Assembly: GCA_963809215.1 (NCBI GenBank) | Contig: CAWEIJ010000002.1 | Location: 1,492,201 to 1,556,200 of the forward strand | DNA length: 64,000 bases | Reading direction: 5' to 3' | DNA from: an uncultured Chloroflexia bacterium | GTDB taxonomy: Bacteria; Chloroflexota; Limnocylindria; Limnocylindrales; CSP1-4 | Shown: in pieces, positions 47,224 through 56,109 of the stretch | How positions within the stretch are numbered: the stretch's first letter is position 1 | Layout of the letters: each line of letters opens with the position of its first letter | Notes under the pieces: model-generated | What the model was told of the DNA's origin: nothing | Seen by the model: the letters and a program-made list of their open reading frames with translations, nothing else | Database searches by the model: none | Position numbers and translations under genes: made by a program

Positions 47224-48543
47224 ATGGACACCGTGACCGCGCCGGCCGCCTCCGGCCTGAACCTGGCCGACCTCGCCGCGGACAACCTGACACCGGTCCT
47301 CGGGCGCTACTTCGAGCGATCGTGGGCCCGCGGCGAAGGCCATCGCCTGTACGACACCGACGGCAGGGCCTACCTGGACTTCGCGAACGGGATCGCGGTC
47401 AGCGTCCTCGGCCACCGCCACCCGGCGGTGACGGCGGCGATCCACGCCCAGGTCGACGAGCTGATCGCGCCGTGCGCTGCGATGGGCTACGCGGAGTCGA
47501 CCGTCCGGCATGCCAGGCTGCTTGTCGAGTTCCTGCCGAAGCCCCTCGACTCCATCTTCTTCATGAACTCCGGGTCGGAGGCGATCGAGGCGGCGATCAA
47601 GCTCGCGCGCCGGGTCACGGGACGGCCCGGGATCATCGCCTTTCGGGGCGGGTTCCACGGTCGGACGCTCGGCGCGGCGAGCATCACGAGCTCGAACATC
47701 AACTACCGGCTCGGCTACGAGCCCCTGCTCCCGGGCGTCTACCTGAGCCCGTTCCCGTCCGTCTATCGCGACTTCCACGGCGACGAGGCCCGCGCGGTGG
47801 AGGTTTCCGTCGCACAGCTGCACGAGCTGCTCAGGACCTCGATCCCGCCGTCCGCCGTGGCCGCGATGATCCTCGAGCCGGTCCAGGGCGAGGGCGGCTA
47901 CGTCCCGGCCCCGCCGGCGTTCCTGCGGGAGCTCCGAACGATCTGCGACGAGCACGGCATCCTCCTCGTCGCGGACGAGGTCCAGGCGGGTTTCGGGCGC
48001 ACCGGCAGGATGTGGTCCTTCGAGCACGCCGGCATCGTCCCGGACGTCGTCTGCATGGCGAAGGCGATCGCGAACGGCCTGCCGCTGTCCGCGATCGCGA
48101 CCTCGAAGGCGCTCCAGGTGCGATGGGGCAGGAGCGCCCACGGCACGACGTTCGGCGGCAACCCGGTCGCCTGCGCCGCAGGGATCGCCGTGCTCGAGAC
48201 GATCCGCTCCGAGCGGCTCGTGGAGAACAGCGCGACGCGGGGTGCCGAGCTGATGGCCGGCCTGCGCGCGATCGCGGCCGGGGACCCGCGGATCGGCGAC
48301 GTGCGCGGCATCGGGCTCATGATCGGGGTGGAGCTCGTCCGCGACCGCGCCACGCGGGAGCCCGATGGGCCGCTCTGCGAAGCCCTGATCCAGGCCTGCG
48401 CGGACGCCGGGCTGCTGGTGCTCTCCTGCGGGGTCGAGCACAACGTGATCCGCTGGATCGCGCCGCTCAACGTCACGTCCACGGAGATCGACGAGGCGCT
48501 CGGGATCTTCGGGCGGGTGCTCGGCGAGGTTCCGGCCGCCTAG
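47224..48543 (+). CDS. class III pyridoxal-phosphate aminotransferase (4-aminobutyrate/omega-aminotransferase-like)
   Basis: FMNSGSEAIEAAIKLAR, ILEPVQGEGG, LLVADEVQAGFGRTG, CMAKAIANG (PLP Lys) and TFGGNP blocks. Confidence 0.9.
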   Translation: MDTVTAPAASGLNLADLAADNLTPVLGRYFERSWARGEGHRLYDTDGRAYLDFANGIAVSVLGHRHPAVTAAIHAQVDELIAPCAAMGYAESTVRHARLLVEFLPKPLDSIFFMNSGSEAIEAAIKLARRVTGRPGIIAFRGGFHGRTLGAASITSSNINYRLGYEPLLPGVYLSPFPSVYRDFHGDEARAVEVSVAQLHELLRTSIPPSAVAAMILEPVQGEGGYVPAPPAFLRELRTICDEHGILLVADEVQAGFGRTGRMWSFEHAGIVPDVVCMAKAIANGLPLSAIATSKALQVRWGRSAHGTTFGGNPVACAAGIAVLETIRSERLVENSATRGAELMAGLRAIAAGDPRIGDVRGIGLMIGVELVRDRATREPDGPLCEALIQACADAGLLVLSCGVEHNVIRWIAPLNVTSTEIDEALGIFGRVLGEVPAA

Positions 48544-48674
48544 CCCGGACCCATCTCCAAGGACTCGGAGGGCGGCGGGTCGCGTCGCGGTCACCGCGGG
48601 CCGACGGCGTCGCGGGCGAGGGCCCTGGTGCCGGGCGCGCGGCTGCGCGAGGCCCCGGCGTCGCGCGGATGCGC

Positions 48675-48866
48675 CTACTGCTGGCGGCTGTTGGCGAGGA
48701 AGCTCATCACGTCCGCGAGCCGGAAGCGGCGATCGCCCCGGCGGCAGACCCGGAAGAACGGGAGCTCCCCGCGATCGCCGAGGCGCTTCACGGTGTTGAC
48801 GTGGAGGTGGAGCATCTCCGCGACCTCGCTCGCGGTGAGGAGCGGCCCGAGCTCGCTGATCGCCAT
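48675..48866 (-). CDS. small excisionase/MerR-type helix-turn-helix DNA-binding protein (BldC-like size)
   Basis: 63 aa. LLTASEVAEMLHLHVNTVKRLGDRGELPFFRV..R.RRFRLADV is the excisionase-family HTH pattern. Confidence 0.7.
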   Translation of the reverse strand: MAISELGPLLTASEVAEMLHLHVNTVKRLGDRGELPFFRVCRRGDRRFRLADVMSFLANSRQQ

Positions 48867-49077
48867 CTGGTTCCTCGTTTGATCGGTAGCGGTCGCGTTG
48901 GACGCTTCTGGTGGCCACAGGTGGAGTGCGACCCGCTTCGTGGGGGAGCGTACGGGTCGGCCCTCGACGGGCCAAGCCGTACCTTCGGTCTAGGAGGGTC
49001 GTACGGGATGGTGGGGTGAGGTCATCGAGCGTCTGGGGCCCGGGTGAGGGATCCGGAGCTCGCCGATCACCCGGCCT

Positions 49078-50220
49078 TCAGCTTGCGAGCGGGATCAGGT
49101 GGACCGCGCTCGCCTTGAAGGTCGCGAGCACCGCCGCTCCCTCGGCCAGCCCGAGCTCGACAGCGGATGCGCGCGTGATCGAGGCCACGAGCGTCGTGCC
49201 GATATCCACGTTGACGCGGACGAGCGGGCCCTGGGCCACCATCCGGGTGACGTGGCCCGGCAGCTGGTTGCGGGCGCTCGACGCGCCCGTCGTCGGGACG
49301 ACCCCCGATCCCGGGCACCAGAGCGTCACGTCCTCGGGTCGCAGGCAGCAGAGGACGGCGCGGCCGGGCGCCAGGGCGGAGACCGCCTCGACCCGCATGC
49401 CTCCGACGTCCACGACGGCGACGCCCTCGACGCTCGAGAGCACCCGGCCCCGCAGGCGGGTCTCGGCACCGACGAACGCGGCGACATCCTCGTCGAACGG
49501 CGCGGCCAGAACCCGCTCGGGCGTGTCGACCTGGCGCATCCGTCCCCCGACCATGACGGCCATCCGGTCGCCCAGCCGCACGGCCTCGTCCAGGTCGTGC
49601 GTGACGATGACGCTCGCGACGCGTGTCTCGCGCAGGAGGCCCTCCAGGTCGTCGAGGAGCCTTGCCCGGGTGGCGGCATCCACGGACGCGAACGGCTCGT
49701 CGAGGAGCAGCAGGTCCGGCTCGAGCACGAGCGCCCGCGCCAGGCTCACGCGCTGGGCTTCGCCGCTCGAGATCTGGCGGGCGGGGCGGTCGCGCAGGTG
49801 CGCCACGCCCAGGCGCTCGAGCCACTCGGTCACGCGCGGCCTGGCAACGCCGGGCGAGACCCCGCGGAAGCGCAGCCCCGCCGCGACGTTCGCGAAGACG
49901 GACGTGTCGAGAAGGAGCGGATCGGGCAGCACGAGGCCGATCTGCCGGCGATACGCGAGCTCCGTGCCGCGTCCGACCGTCGTTCCACGAAATGACAGCG
50001 ATCCGCGCGCCAGCCGGAGGAGGCTCGCCAGCGCGAGCAGGAGGGTGCTCTTCCCGGCCCCGTTCGGCCCGACGATGGCCAGGGTTGCGCCGTCCGCGAC
50101 CGCGAGGCTGTCGATCGTCAGGACCGGCCGCGCGCCACGCACGACGACGGCGTCCCGCAGCTCGACGAGGCCGGGCATCGTGCCGTCGTCGCCGGTGGCG
50201 GCCGACGAGCGCCCGGTCAT
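49078..50220 (-). CDS. tupC: ABC transporter ATP-binding protein with C-terminal TOBE domain (TupC-like)
   Basis: ATG 50220 overlaps the permease stop (ATGA). Walker A GPNGAGKST, signature ISSGEAQR and Walker B LLLLDEP. The C-terminal about 110 aa are TOBE-like (NQLPGHVTRMVAQGPLVRVNVD...). Confidence 0.8.
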   Translation of the reverse strand: MTGRSSAATGDDGTMPGLVELRDAVVVRGARPVLTIDSLAVADGATLAIVGPNGAGKSTLLLALASLLRLARGSLSFRGTTVGRGTELAYRRQIGLVLPDPLLLDTSVFANVAAGLRFRGVSPGVARPRVTEWLERLGVAHLRDRPARQISSGEAQRVSLARALVLEPDLLLLDEPFASVDAATRARLLDDLEGLLRETRVASVIVTHDLDEAVRLGDRMAVMVGGRMRQVDTPERVLAAPFDEDVAAFVGAETRLRGRVLSSVEGVAVVDVGGMRVEAVSALAPGRAVLCCLRPEDVTLWCPGSGVVPTTGASSARNQLPGHVTRMVAQGPLVRVNVDIGTTLVASITRASAVELGLAEGAAVLATFKASAVHLIPLAS

Positions 50221-50927
50221 CGGCTCGCGTCCCGGCGGCCTGGACCGCGCTGCTGCGCCCAGGTGAGGGTGCCGTTCACGGCAAAGGCAAGGACCAGCAG
50301 GACGATGCCGAGGCCGACGGCCTTCTCGAAGTCGCCGCGGCCCACCTCGAGCACGATCGCCGTCGTGAGCACGCGCGTCTGGTGGAGGATGTTGCCGCCG
50401 ACCATCATCGCCGCGCCGACCTCCGAGATGACGCTGCCGAAGCCCGCCATCAGTGCCGCGAGAAGCGGAAGACGCGCCTCGCGCCAGAGCCACCAGACGG
50501 TCTGCCAGCGCGACGCGCCGAGGCCCATGAGCTGCAGCCGGAGCCGCGGGTCCAGCTGCCCCAGCGCCGCGACGGTGAGGCCGAGGATGACCGGCGTCGC
50601 GATGATGACCTCGGCAATCACCATGGCCGACGGCGAGTAGATCAGCCCGAGGTCACCGAGCGGGCCGCTCCGCCAGAGCAGGAACGCGACGAACAGGCCG
50701 ACGACGACCGGGGGCAGGGCCATCCCCGTGTTCACCACGCTGAGCACGAGGCCCCGGCTGCGGAAACGCGAGAGCGCCAGCCATGTCCCGAGGGGCAGCC
50801 CGATCAGCAGGCTGATCGCCGTCGCGAGGCCCGAGACGCCCAGCGACAGGAGCGTGATCTCGACGAGATCGGCGCCGCCCAGCCCGGCGAGAAGCTGCTG
50901 GACCCCGTCGGCGAACGATCCGATCAT
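50217..50927 (-). CDS. tupB: ABC transporter permease (TupB-like)
   Basis: 236 aa with about 5-6 TM helices, an EAA-like loop (LQLMGLGASRWQTVWW), and a position between the SBP and ATPase genes. Confidence 0.8.
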   Translation of the reverse strand: MIGSFADGVQQLLAGLGGADLVEITLLSLGVSGLATAISLLIGLPLGTWLALSRFRSRGLVLSVVNTGMALPPVVVGLFVAFLLWRSGPLGDLGLIYSPSAMVIAEVIIATPVILGLTVAALGQLDPRLRLQLMGLGASRWQTVWWLWREARLPLLAALMAGFGSVISEVGAAMMVGGNILHQTRVLTTAIVLEVGRGDFEKAVGLGIVLLVLAFAVNGTLTWAQQRGPGRRDASR

Positions 50928-50940
50928 CGATCGGCGAAGC

Positions 50941-51882
50941 CTACTTCACGTCGCTGTCGGCCTTCCCGGCATCCGCCACGAAGAGCGAGCCGCCGTACTG
51001 GGAGCCGAAGCTCGCGATGAGCTGCTGGCCCGCGGCCGAGGTGAGGTAGTCGGCGAACGCCTTCGCGCCCGCCGCGTTCACCTTGGGCCATTTCGCGGGG
51101 TTCACGCTGATGACGTGGTAGATGTTGAGGAGCACGGGGTCACCCTGGACCAGGACCGCGAGGCTGAGCCGCGCGCTGTTGGCGAGGAACGTCGCGTTGT
51201 CGGTGAGGGTGTAGCCGCCCTTCTCCGACGCGATCTGGAGCGTCGGCCCCATCCCCTGTCCCGACTGCAGGTACCAGGCGTTGCCCTTCGGCGTGATGCC
51301 GGCCGTCTTCCAGATGGCCAGCTCCTTCGTCTCCGTGCCGGAGCCGTCGCCCCGCGAGACGAACGTGGCGGAGGCCGCGGCGATCTTCTTGAACGCGTCG
51401 GCGGCCGAGGTCAGGCCCTTGATCCCCGCCGGATCGGCCGACGGCCCGACGACCTGGAAGTAGTTGTGCATGACGAGCCGTCGATCGACACCCCAGCCCG
51501 CAGCCATGAAGGTCATCTCCGCCGCCGGCGAGTGGACGAGGAGCACGTCCGCGTTGCCGTCCTGGCCCATCTGGAGCGCCTGGCCGCTGCCGACCGCGAC
51601 CGTCTTCACGACGTACCCGGTCGCCTGCTGGAACGCCGGGACGAGCACGTCCAGGAGCCCCGAGTCCTGGGTGGACGTCGTCGTGGCGAGGATCAGGTCC
51701 TTCGATCCGCCGGGCGCCGCGGTGGCGGCGCTCGGTGCGCTGGCGCCTGGCGACGGCGCGCCTGCCTGCGGGCTCGGCGACGACCCGGAGGCGCAGGCCG
51801 CGGCGACGAGCGCCAGGGCCACGAGGCCCGCAACTCGCGCCCGCGCCGTTCTCTTCGAGACCGTCCGATCCGGATCCATCAT
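50941..51882 (-). CDS. tupA: tungstate(/molybdate) ABC transporter substrate-binding lipoprotein (TupA-like)
   Basis: AGGAGG lies 4 nt before ATG 51882. Lipoprotein signal LVALALVAAAC. TTTS motif (LILATTTSTQDSGLLD) and VGSGQAL...DVLLVHSP blocks are characteristic of TupA-type proteins. Confidence 0.75.
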   Translation of the reverse strand: MMDPDRTVSKRTARARVAGLVALALVAAACASGSSPSPQAGAPSPGASAPSAATAAPGGSKDLILATTTSTQDSGLLDVLVPAFQQATGYVVKTVAVGSGQALQMGQDGNADVLLVHSPAAEMTFMAAGWGVDRRLVMHNYFQVVGPSADPAGIKGLTSAADAFKKIAAASATFVSRGDGSGTETKELAIWKTAGITPKGNAWYLQSGQGMGPTLQIASEKGGYTLTDNATFLANSARLSLAVLVQGDPVLLNIYHVISVNPAKWPKVNAAGAKAFADYLTSAAGQQLIASFGSQYGGSLFVADAGKADSDVK

Positions 51883-52130
51883 GCTGCCTCCTGGCGCCCG
51901 ATACATGGCCATGCACAGGTCGATTCGTAGATGTCTGCGTTGTCGGGGACAATGATACCTTGGCATGTGTCACGCTCGGCGACATCCGCGGCCCATGCTG
52001 GCAGCCGGGACGCCCGTCTGTGGTTGGACGCGGGACGTGCCATGATCGCCAGCTCCCGGGAGCTGCCGGGCGCCTGGCGGCAGGGGAAGACCGCCGGAGG
52101 TCCCGCGGCCCCCATGAAGAGGTGATCCAC

Positions 52131-52343
52131 ATGAAGCTGAGCGCGCGCAACCAGTTCCCCGCGACCGTTCGCTCCGTGACCGATGGCGCGGTCATGTCCG
52201 AGGTCGTCGTCGAGATCGACGGAGGGCATGAGCTGGTCTCCGCGATCACGGCGCAGTCCGCCCGGCGGCTTGGCCTCGCCCCTGGCAAGCGCGTCATCGC
52301 CATCATCAAGTCAACCGAGGTCATCCTCGCGACCGACGACTAG
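52131..52343 (+). CDS. mop: molbindin (Mop/TOBE single-domain molybdate/tungstate-binding protein)
   Basis: ATG 52131 after GAAGAGGTGA. 70 aa: MKLSARNQFPATVRSVTDGAVMSEVVVEI...GKRVIAIIKSTEVIL is the canonical Mop fold sequence. Confidence 0.85.
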   Translation: MKLSARNQFPATVRSVTDGAVMSEVVVEIDGGHELVSAITAQSARRLGLAPGKRVIAIIKSTEVILATDD

Positions 52344-52453
52344 AGAGCGGCACATTCCCCGGGCCGATCGCCTCCTGAAGGTCGGCTCCTCGCGGTCAGC
52401 GCCCTCCGGCTCGTCCATCCGGTCCGACACCAGGCCATTGCCGCGGGGCGGGC

Positions 52454-53347
52454 TCAGCCGAGGCCTCGCAGATCCAGCACCCTCCCCCAGTGCAGCGCCC
52501 GGACGGCCACGAGGACCCCCAGGGCCGCGAGCACGAGGATCGCGGCGGCAGCGATCGAGGCATCGAGGTTGCCGCCCTGGAACTCGCCGTAGACGACGAG
52601 CGGAAGCGTCTGGGTCCGCCCCTCGAGGTTGCCGGCGAACATGATCGTGGCCCCGAACTCGCCGAGGGAGCGAGCCCAGCTCATGACCAGGCCCGCCGAG
52701 AGCGCGGTTCCCGCGAGCGGGATCGTGATGTGCCGGAACAGCTGGCCCTCGGAGGCGCCGTCGACCCGGGCGGCATCCTCCAGGTCCCGGTCGACGCTCG
52801 CGATCCCGGTTCGCGCCGCGCGGATGAAGAACGGCGCGGACACGAAGGTTTGAGCCAGCACGACCGCGATGGTCGTGAACGGCAGCTGGATGCCGACGGC
52901 GTCGAGCGCCCCGCCGAGCACGCCCCGCCGGCCGAGGACGAGCAGCAGGGCGAGACCGGCCACTGCCGGCGGCAGGACGATCGGGAGATCGATGATCGCC
53001 TCGACCCAGCCCGACCCCCGGAACCGCCGGCGGGCAAGAACCACGGCGAGCGGCAGGCCGAAGACAACGGTGAGGACGAGGCTGATCGCGGTCGTCGAGA
53101 GGCTGAGAGCCAGGCCGGAGAGCACGACCTGCGCCCCCAGGGCCCGGGTGAGCGACCCATCGACGATCGCCCGCGCCACGAGGACGACGACGGGAAGCGC
53201 CAGGAACAGCCCGAGCAGCCCGGCGATTCCGACGACGGACCAGCTTCCCCAGCGCCCGCCGAAGCTCGGCGGCCGGACCGCAGCCGTCGGCCCGATCCTG
53301 GCCGCTGCGGTATCGCGGGACACGCGACGCTGGCTCAGGACGGCCAC
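52454..53347 (-). CDS. modB: molybdate ABC transporter permease ModB
   Basis: LPPAVAGLALLLVLG, EDAARVDGASEGQLFRHITIPL (EAA loop) and EFGATIMFAGNLEGRTQTLPLVVY match ModB. The N-terminal about 35 aa may be over-extended. Confidence 0.85.
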   Translation of the reverse strand: MAVLSQRRVSRDTAAARIGPTAAVRPPSFGGRWGSWSVVGIAGLLGLFLALPVVVLVARAIVDGSLTRALGAQVVLSGLALSLSTTAISLVLTVVFGLPLAVVLARRRFRGSGWVEAIIDLPIVLPPAVAGLALLLVLGRRGVLGGALDAVGIQLPFTTIAVVLAQTFVSAPFFIRAARTGIASVDRDLEDAARVDGASEGQLFRHITIPLAGTALSAGLVMSWARSLGEFGATIMFAGNLEGRTQTLPLVVYGEFQGGNLDASIAAAAILVLAALGVLVAVRALHWGRVLDLRGLG

Positions 53348-53374
53348 GGGAGGTCACGCCTCCAGGCCGGGACC

Positions 53375-53812
53375 TCAGCCACGTGTCTCGCTGACCGAGG
53401 GGATCTCGACGATGACGTTGGTGGCCTTGACGACGCATACCGCTTCGTCGCCGACCTTCAGATCGAGCTCCTCGACAGCCTCGGCGGTCATCAGGCTCAC
53501 GATCCGGTGGGGGCCGGCCATGACCTCGACGACGGCGGCGACCGAGTCGCGCTCGACTCTCGTGACGATCCCGGGAAACCGGTTGCGTGCCGACTGCGCG
53601 ACGATGGGACGGTCCGCGCTCGAGTGCCGTCGGTCGCGCAGCAGGCGGGTCACATCGGCGATCGCGACGATACGCTGGCCCCCGGCGGATCTCTCCATCG
53701 GGAGGCGGCCCTCGCTCTCCCACCGGCGCAGCGTCTCGACCGAGACGCCGAGCATCTCCGCGGCCTGGCCCACGCGAAGGCGTGACGGAAGGTTGGCGTC
53801 GTCAGGCTCCAT
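53375..53812 (-). CDS. MerR-type HTH + TOBE domain regulator (candidate molybdate-responsive regulator)
   Basis: N-terminal LRVGQAAEMLGVSVETLRRWESEGRL (MerR HTH) and C-terminal SARNRFPGIVTRVERDSVAAVVEV...GDEAVCVVKATNVIV (Mop/TOBE). Confidence 0.8.
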   Translation of the reverse strand: MEPDDANLPSRLRVGQAAEMLGVSVETLRRWESEGRLPMERSAGGQRIVAIADVTRLLRDRRHSSADRPIVAQSARNRFPGIVTRVERDSVAAVVEVMAGPHRIVSLMTAEAVEELDLKVGDEAVCVVKATNVIVEIPSVSETRG

Positions 53813-53942
53813 ACGGAAGAATTCTGCCCCATTCCGCAGGTCATGTCTAGGTGTTACGACGCGAGTTGCGCTGCCTCGTCGCCCCGCCAGGTGGACGACG
53901 CCGAAGACTTGGCGGGGTCCTCACGCTCGAGTCGCTGGCGGG

Positions 53943-54212
53943 TCACCCGTCCGGCCGGGCCGCCACGTAGATCTCCACGCTGGCCTGGCAGGGAAGCTCG
54001 CCGATCAGCGCGCTGAGGGACCCACACGCCCGCGCTGCGGCGACGGCAGCGGCGAACGAGGCGGCGCTCACGCTCATGCGGACCTCCCGATCGTCCGCGA
54101 TCTCCATGAGCTCGACCTGCCACTCCACTCCGAAGACAGGCTTCAGGTCATCGAGCGCCCAGCCCGGCGGCAGGGCCTGTTCCAGTTGGTGACGCGCCGA
54201 ATCGATGGTCAT
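53943..54212 (-). CDS. hypothetical small protein (89 aa)
   Basis: ATG start, moderately high GC3, balanced composition, co-oriented downstream of the PadR gene. No motif recognised. Confidence 0.4.
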   Translation of the reverse strand: MTIDSARHQLEQALPPGWALDDLKPVFGVEWQVELMEIADDREVRMSVSAASFAAAVAAARACGSLSALIGELPCQASVEIYVAARPDG

Positions 54213-54320
54213 CAGCAGTGCGCCTTTCCGACGTGCGGGGTCCGGTCCGGGCCTACCCGCGGCGTCGACGTCGGCCAGGAGTGGAGGCCGCGTGCCCGCG
54301 GACGGCGGCAGGGTCGATGG

Positions 54321-54941
54321 TCAGCGGGCCTGGTCGGAAGCATCCGGCGCGCCCGCCCCGCCGTCGAGGTCGCCGGCGGGATCACCGGCCGAGTCGTCGT
54401 CCGCGAGGAGTCGGTACAGCCTCCGGCGAGCGTCGACCAGGATCCTCCTCGCCTCGGCCTGTGCCGCGGGAGAGCCCATGCGCTGGACCTGCATGCCCGC
54501 ACCCACGAGCTGGACGGCGAGCGATCGGATGTCCGGCGTGTCCTGGTCAGCCCCACGTGACCAGGGCGCTCGACCAATTGGAGCGGCAGCGACGGCGGCA
54601 CGGCCGGCGTCGCTGAGCGAGTACGTCCGGCGACCGTCGATCTCCTCGCTCGTCACCAGCCCCTCGTCGGCGAGCAGCTGAAGGGACGGGTAGACCGAGC
54701 CGGCGCTCGGCCGCCAGCGGCCGCCGCTGCGCGCCTCGAGGGCCTGGATGACCTCGTAGCCGTGCATCGGCTTCTGCGCGAGCGCAGCGAGGATGAGCGG
54801 CCGGACCTCCCCCCGCCTCAGCGACGGACCTCCACCGCGGAGGTCGCCGAACAGGAGGCGCGGGAACCACGGACCACTCGACGAAGGACCGCGGGCGCGG
54901 CCATGGACGTGACGGCCAGAATCGCGAAATGGGTCGGACAT
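54321..54941 (-). CDS. PadR-family transcriptional regulator
   Basis: ATG 54941. RPLILAALAQKPMHGYEVIQALEARSGGRWRPSAGSVYPSLQLLADEGLV is the PadR wHTH signature. Confidence 0.85.
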   Translation of the reverse strand: MSDPFRDSGRHVHGRARGPSSSGPWFPRLLFGDLRGGGPSLRRGEVRPLILAALAQKPMHGYEVIQALEARSGGRWRPSAGSVYPSLQLLADEGLVTSEEIDGRRTYSLSDAGRAAVAAAPIGRAPWSRGADQDTPDIRSLAVQLVGAGMQVQRMGSPAAQAEARRILVDARRRLYRLLADDDSAGDPAGDLDGGAGAPDASDQAR

Positions 54942-55051
54942 CCGAATGTCTCCGCTGTGGAGCGCACTGTTGCGCGGCATCACGATATATCGCGATCGCG
55001 CGAGCGTCAAGCCGACTGACCCAGCCACGGGTCAACGCGCACACTCCGCAC

Positions 55052-55414
55052 ATGACCTGGTCGACCCTCGGCCGCCGAGCACGAATGTGGCGAGTGTTTC
55101 ATGCCGCGTGGTCGGTGGCCCAGCTGGCCGGCCTTGCCTACATCTGGAGGTGCGCGCTGACGGGACGCCGGAACCGGCGCCTCTGGTCGAGCGTCGCGTT
55201 CCTCCTCGTGGAGGGTGCCGCGCTCCTGGTCGGCCACGGGGACTGCCCGGTGGGGCCGAGGCAGGCCGCGTGGGGCGATCCCGTGCCGTTCTTCGAGCTC
55301 GTCCTGCCACCGCGAGCTGCAAAGGCTGCGATTCCGGCGCTGGCCATCGTGAGCGTCGCGGCGATCGCGGCGCTCGTCCTCCGGAGGCCGGGACCGGTGG
55401 GACCTTCGTCGTGA
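55052..55414 (+). CDS. small integral membrane protein (3-4 TM)
   Basis: ATG 55052, divergent from padR. Hydrophobic segments include FHAAWSVAQLAGLAYIW, WSSVAFLLVEGAALLVG and IPALAIVSVAAIAALVL. Confidence 0.5.
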   Translation: MTWSTLGRRARMWRVFHAAWSVAQLAGLAYIWRCALTGRRNRRLWSSVAFLLVEGAALLVGHGDCPVGPRQAAWGDPVPFFELVLPPRAAKAAIPALAIVSVAAIAALVLRRPGPVGPSS

Positions 55415-55629
55415 GACCACGCTGTCAGGCGGCTCGAGCGTAACGCACCGGTTCGCGGCCTCTGACTCCGCTCCTCGCCCGTCACGGACAGAGCCTTCGA
55501 GAACGTTACGGATCTCGTCTCCGCGTGGACGGGCTCCCGACGGCCATTGCCGGCACACCGACTGCCGTCCGCTCGACCGCAAGCGCCCGGCCGTGGACGT
55601 CCAGATAGAGACCAGGTATCATCCTGCCC

Positions 55630-56070
55630 GTGAGCGACGCAGACGCCATGACCGCGGCAATCGACAGGGCCGGATTCCACCTGACCGAGCCGCGACGCAG
55701 GGTGGCCGAGATGGTTGCCTCCCGGCCTGGCCGCTTCTCCGCGCAGGACCTCGTGGCGGAGGCACGGCGGAGCCGCCGAGGGGTCGGCCGGGCCACGGTG
55801 TTCCGCTCGCTCGAGATCTTCGAGGAGCTCGGGCTCGTGGAGCGAGTCCACCTGCCGAACGGCGAGCACGCCTACGTGGCCTGTGCGGCCGCCCACCACC
55901 ACCACGTGGTCTGCGAACGCTGCGGAAAGAGCCAGGAGGTCGGCGACCTCGGCATCGCGCCGCTGGCCCGCGAGATCGAGCAGCGGACCGGCTATCTCCT
56001 CGATTCTCACCGCATCGAGCTCTTCGGGGTCTGCCCCGCCTGTCGGGCAGCTGCAGCCGACCCAGCCTGA
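55630..56070 (+). CDS. Fur-family metalloregulator (Zur-like)
   Basis: 146 aa. Has a wHTH (GRATVFRSLEIFEELGLV), a His cluster (AAAHHHHVVCERCG) and CPAC, i.e. CxxC...CxxC structural Zn site. It directly precedes a metal ABC importer. Confidence 0.8.
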   Translation: MSDADAMTAAIDRAGFHLTEPRRRVAEMVASRPGRFSAQDLVAEARRSRRGVGRATVFRSLEIFEELGLVERVHLPNGEHAYVACAAAHHHHVVCERCGKSQEVGDLGIAPLAREIEQRTGYLLDSHRIELFGVCPACRAAAADPA

Positions 56071-56109
56071 CCCGGACGCCATGTCTCTCACTTCCAGGAA
56101 GGTGCATCG

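Noticed and set aside
51883-52130. Moco/Wco riboswitch upstream of mop or tupA
   Set aside because: It is not rejected outright, but I could not align the region to the Moco motif consensus from memory. It is kept only as a low-interest candidate that needs a covariance-model scan.
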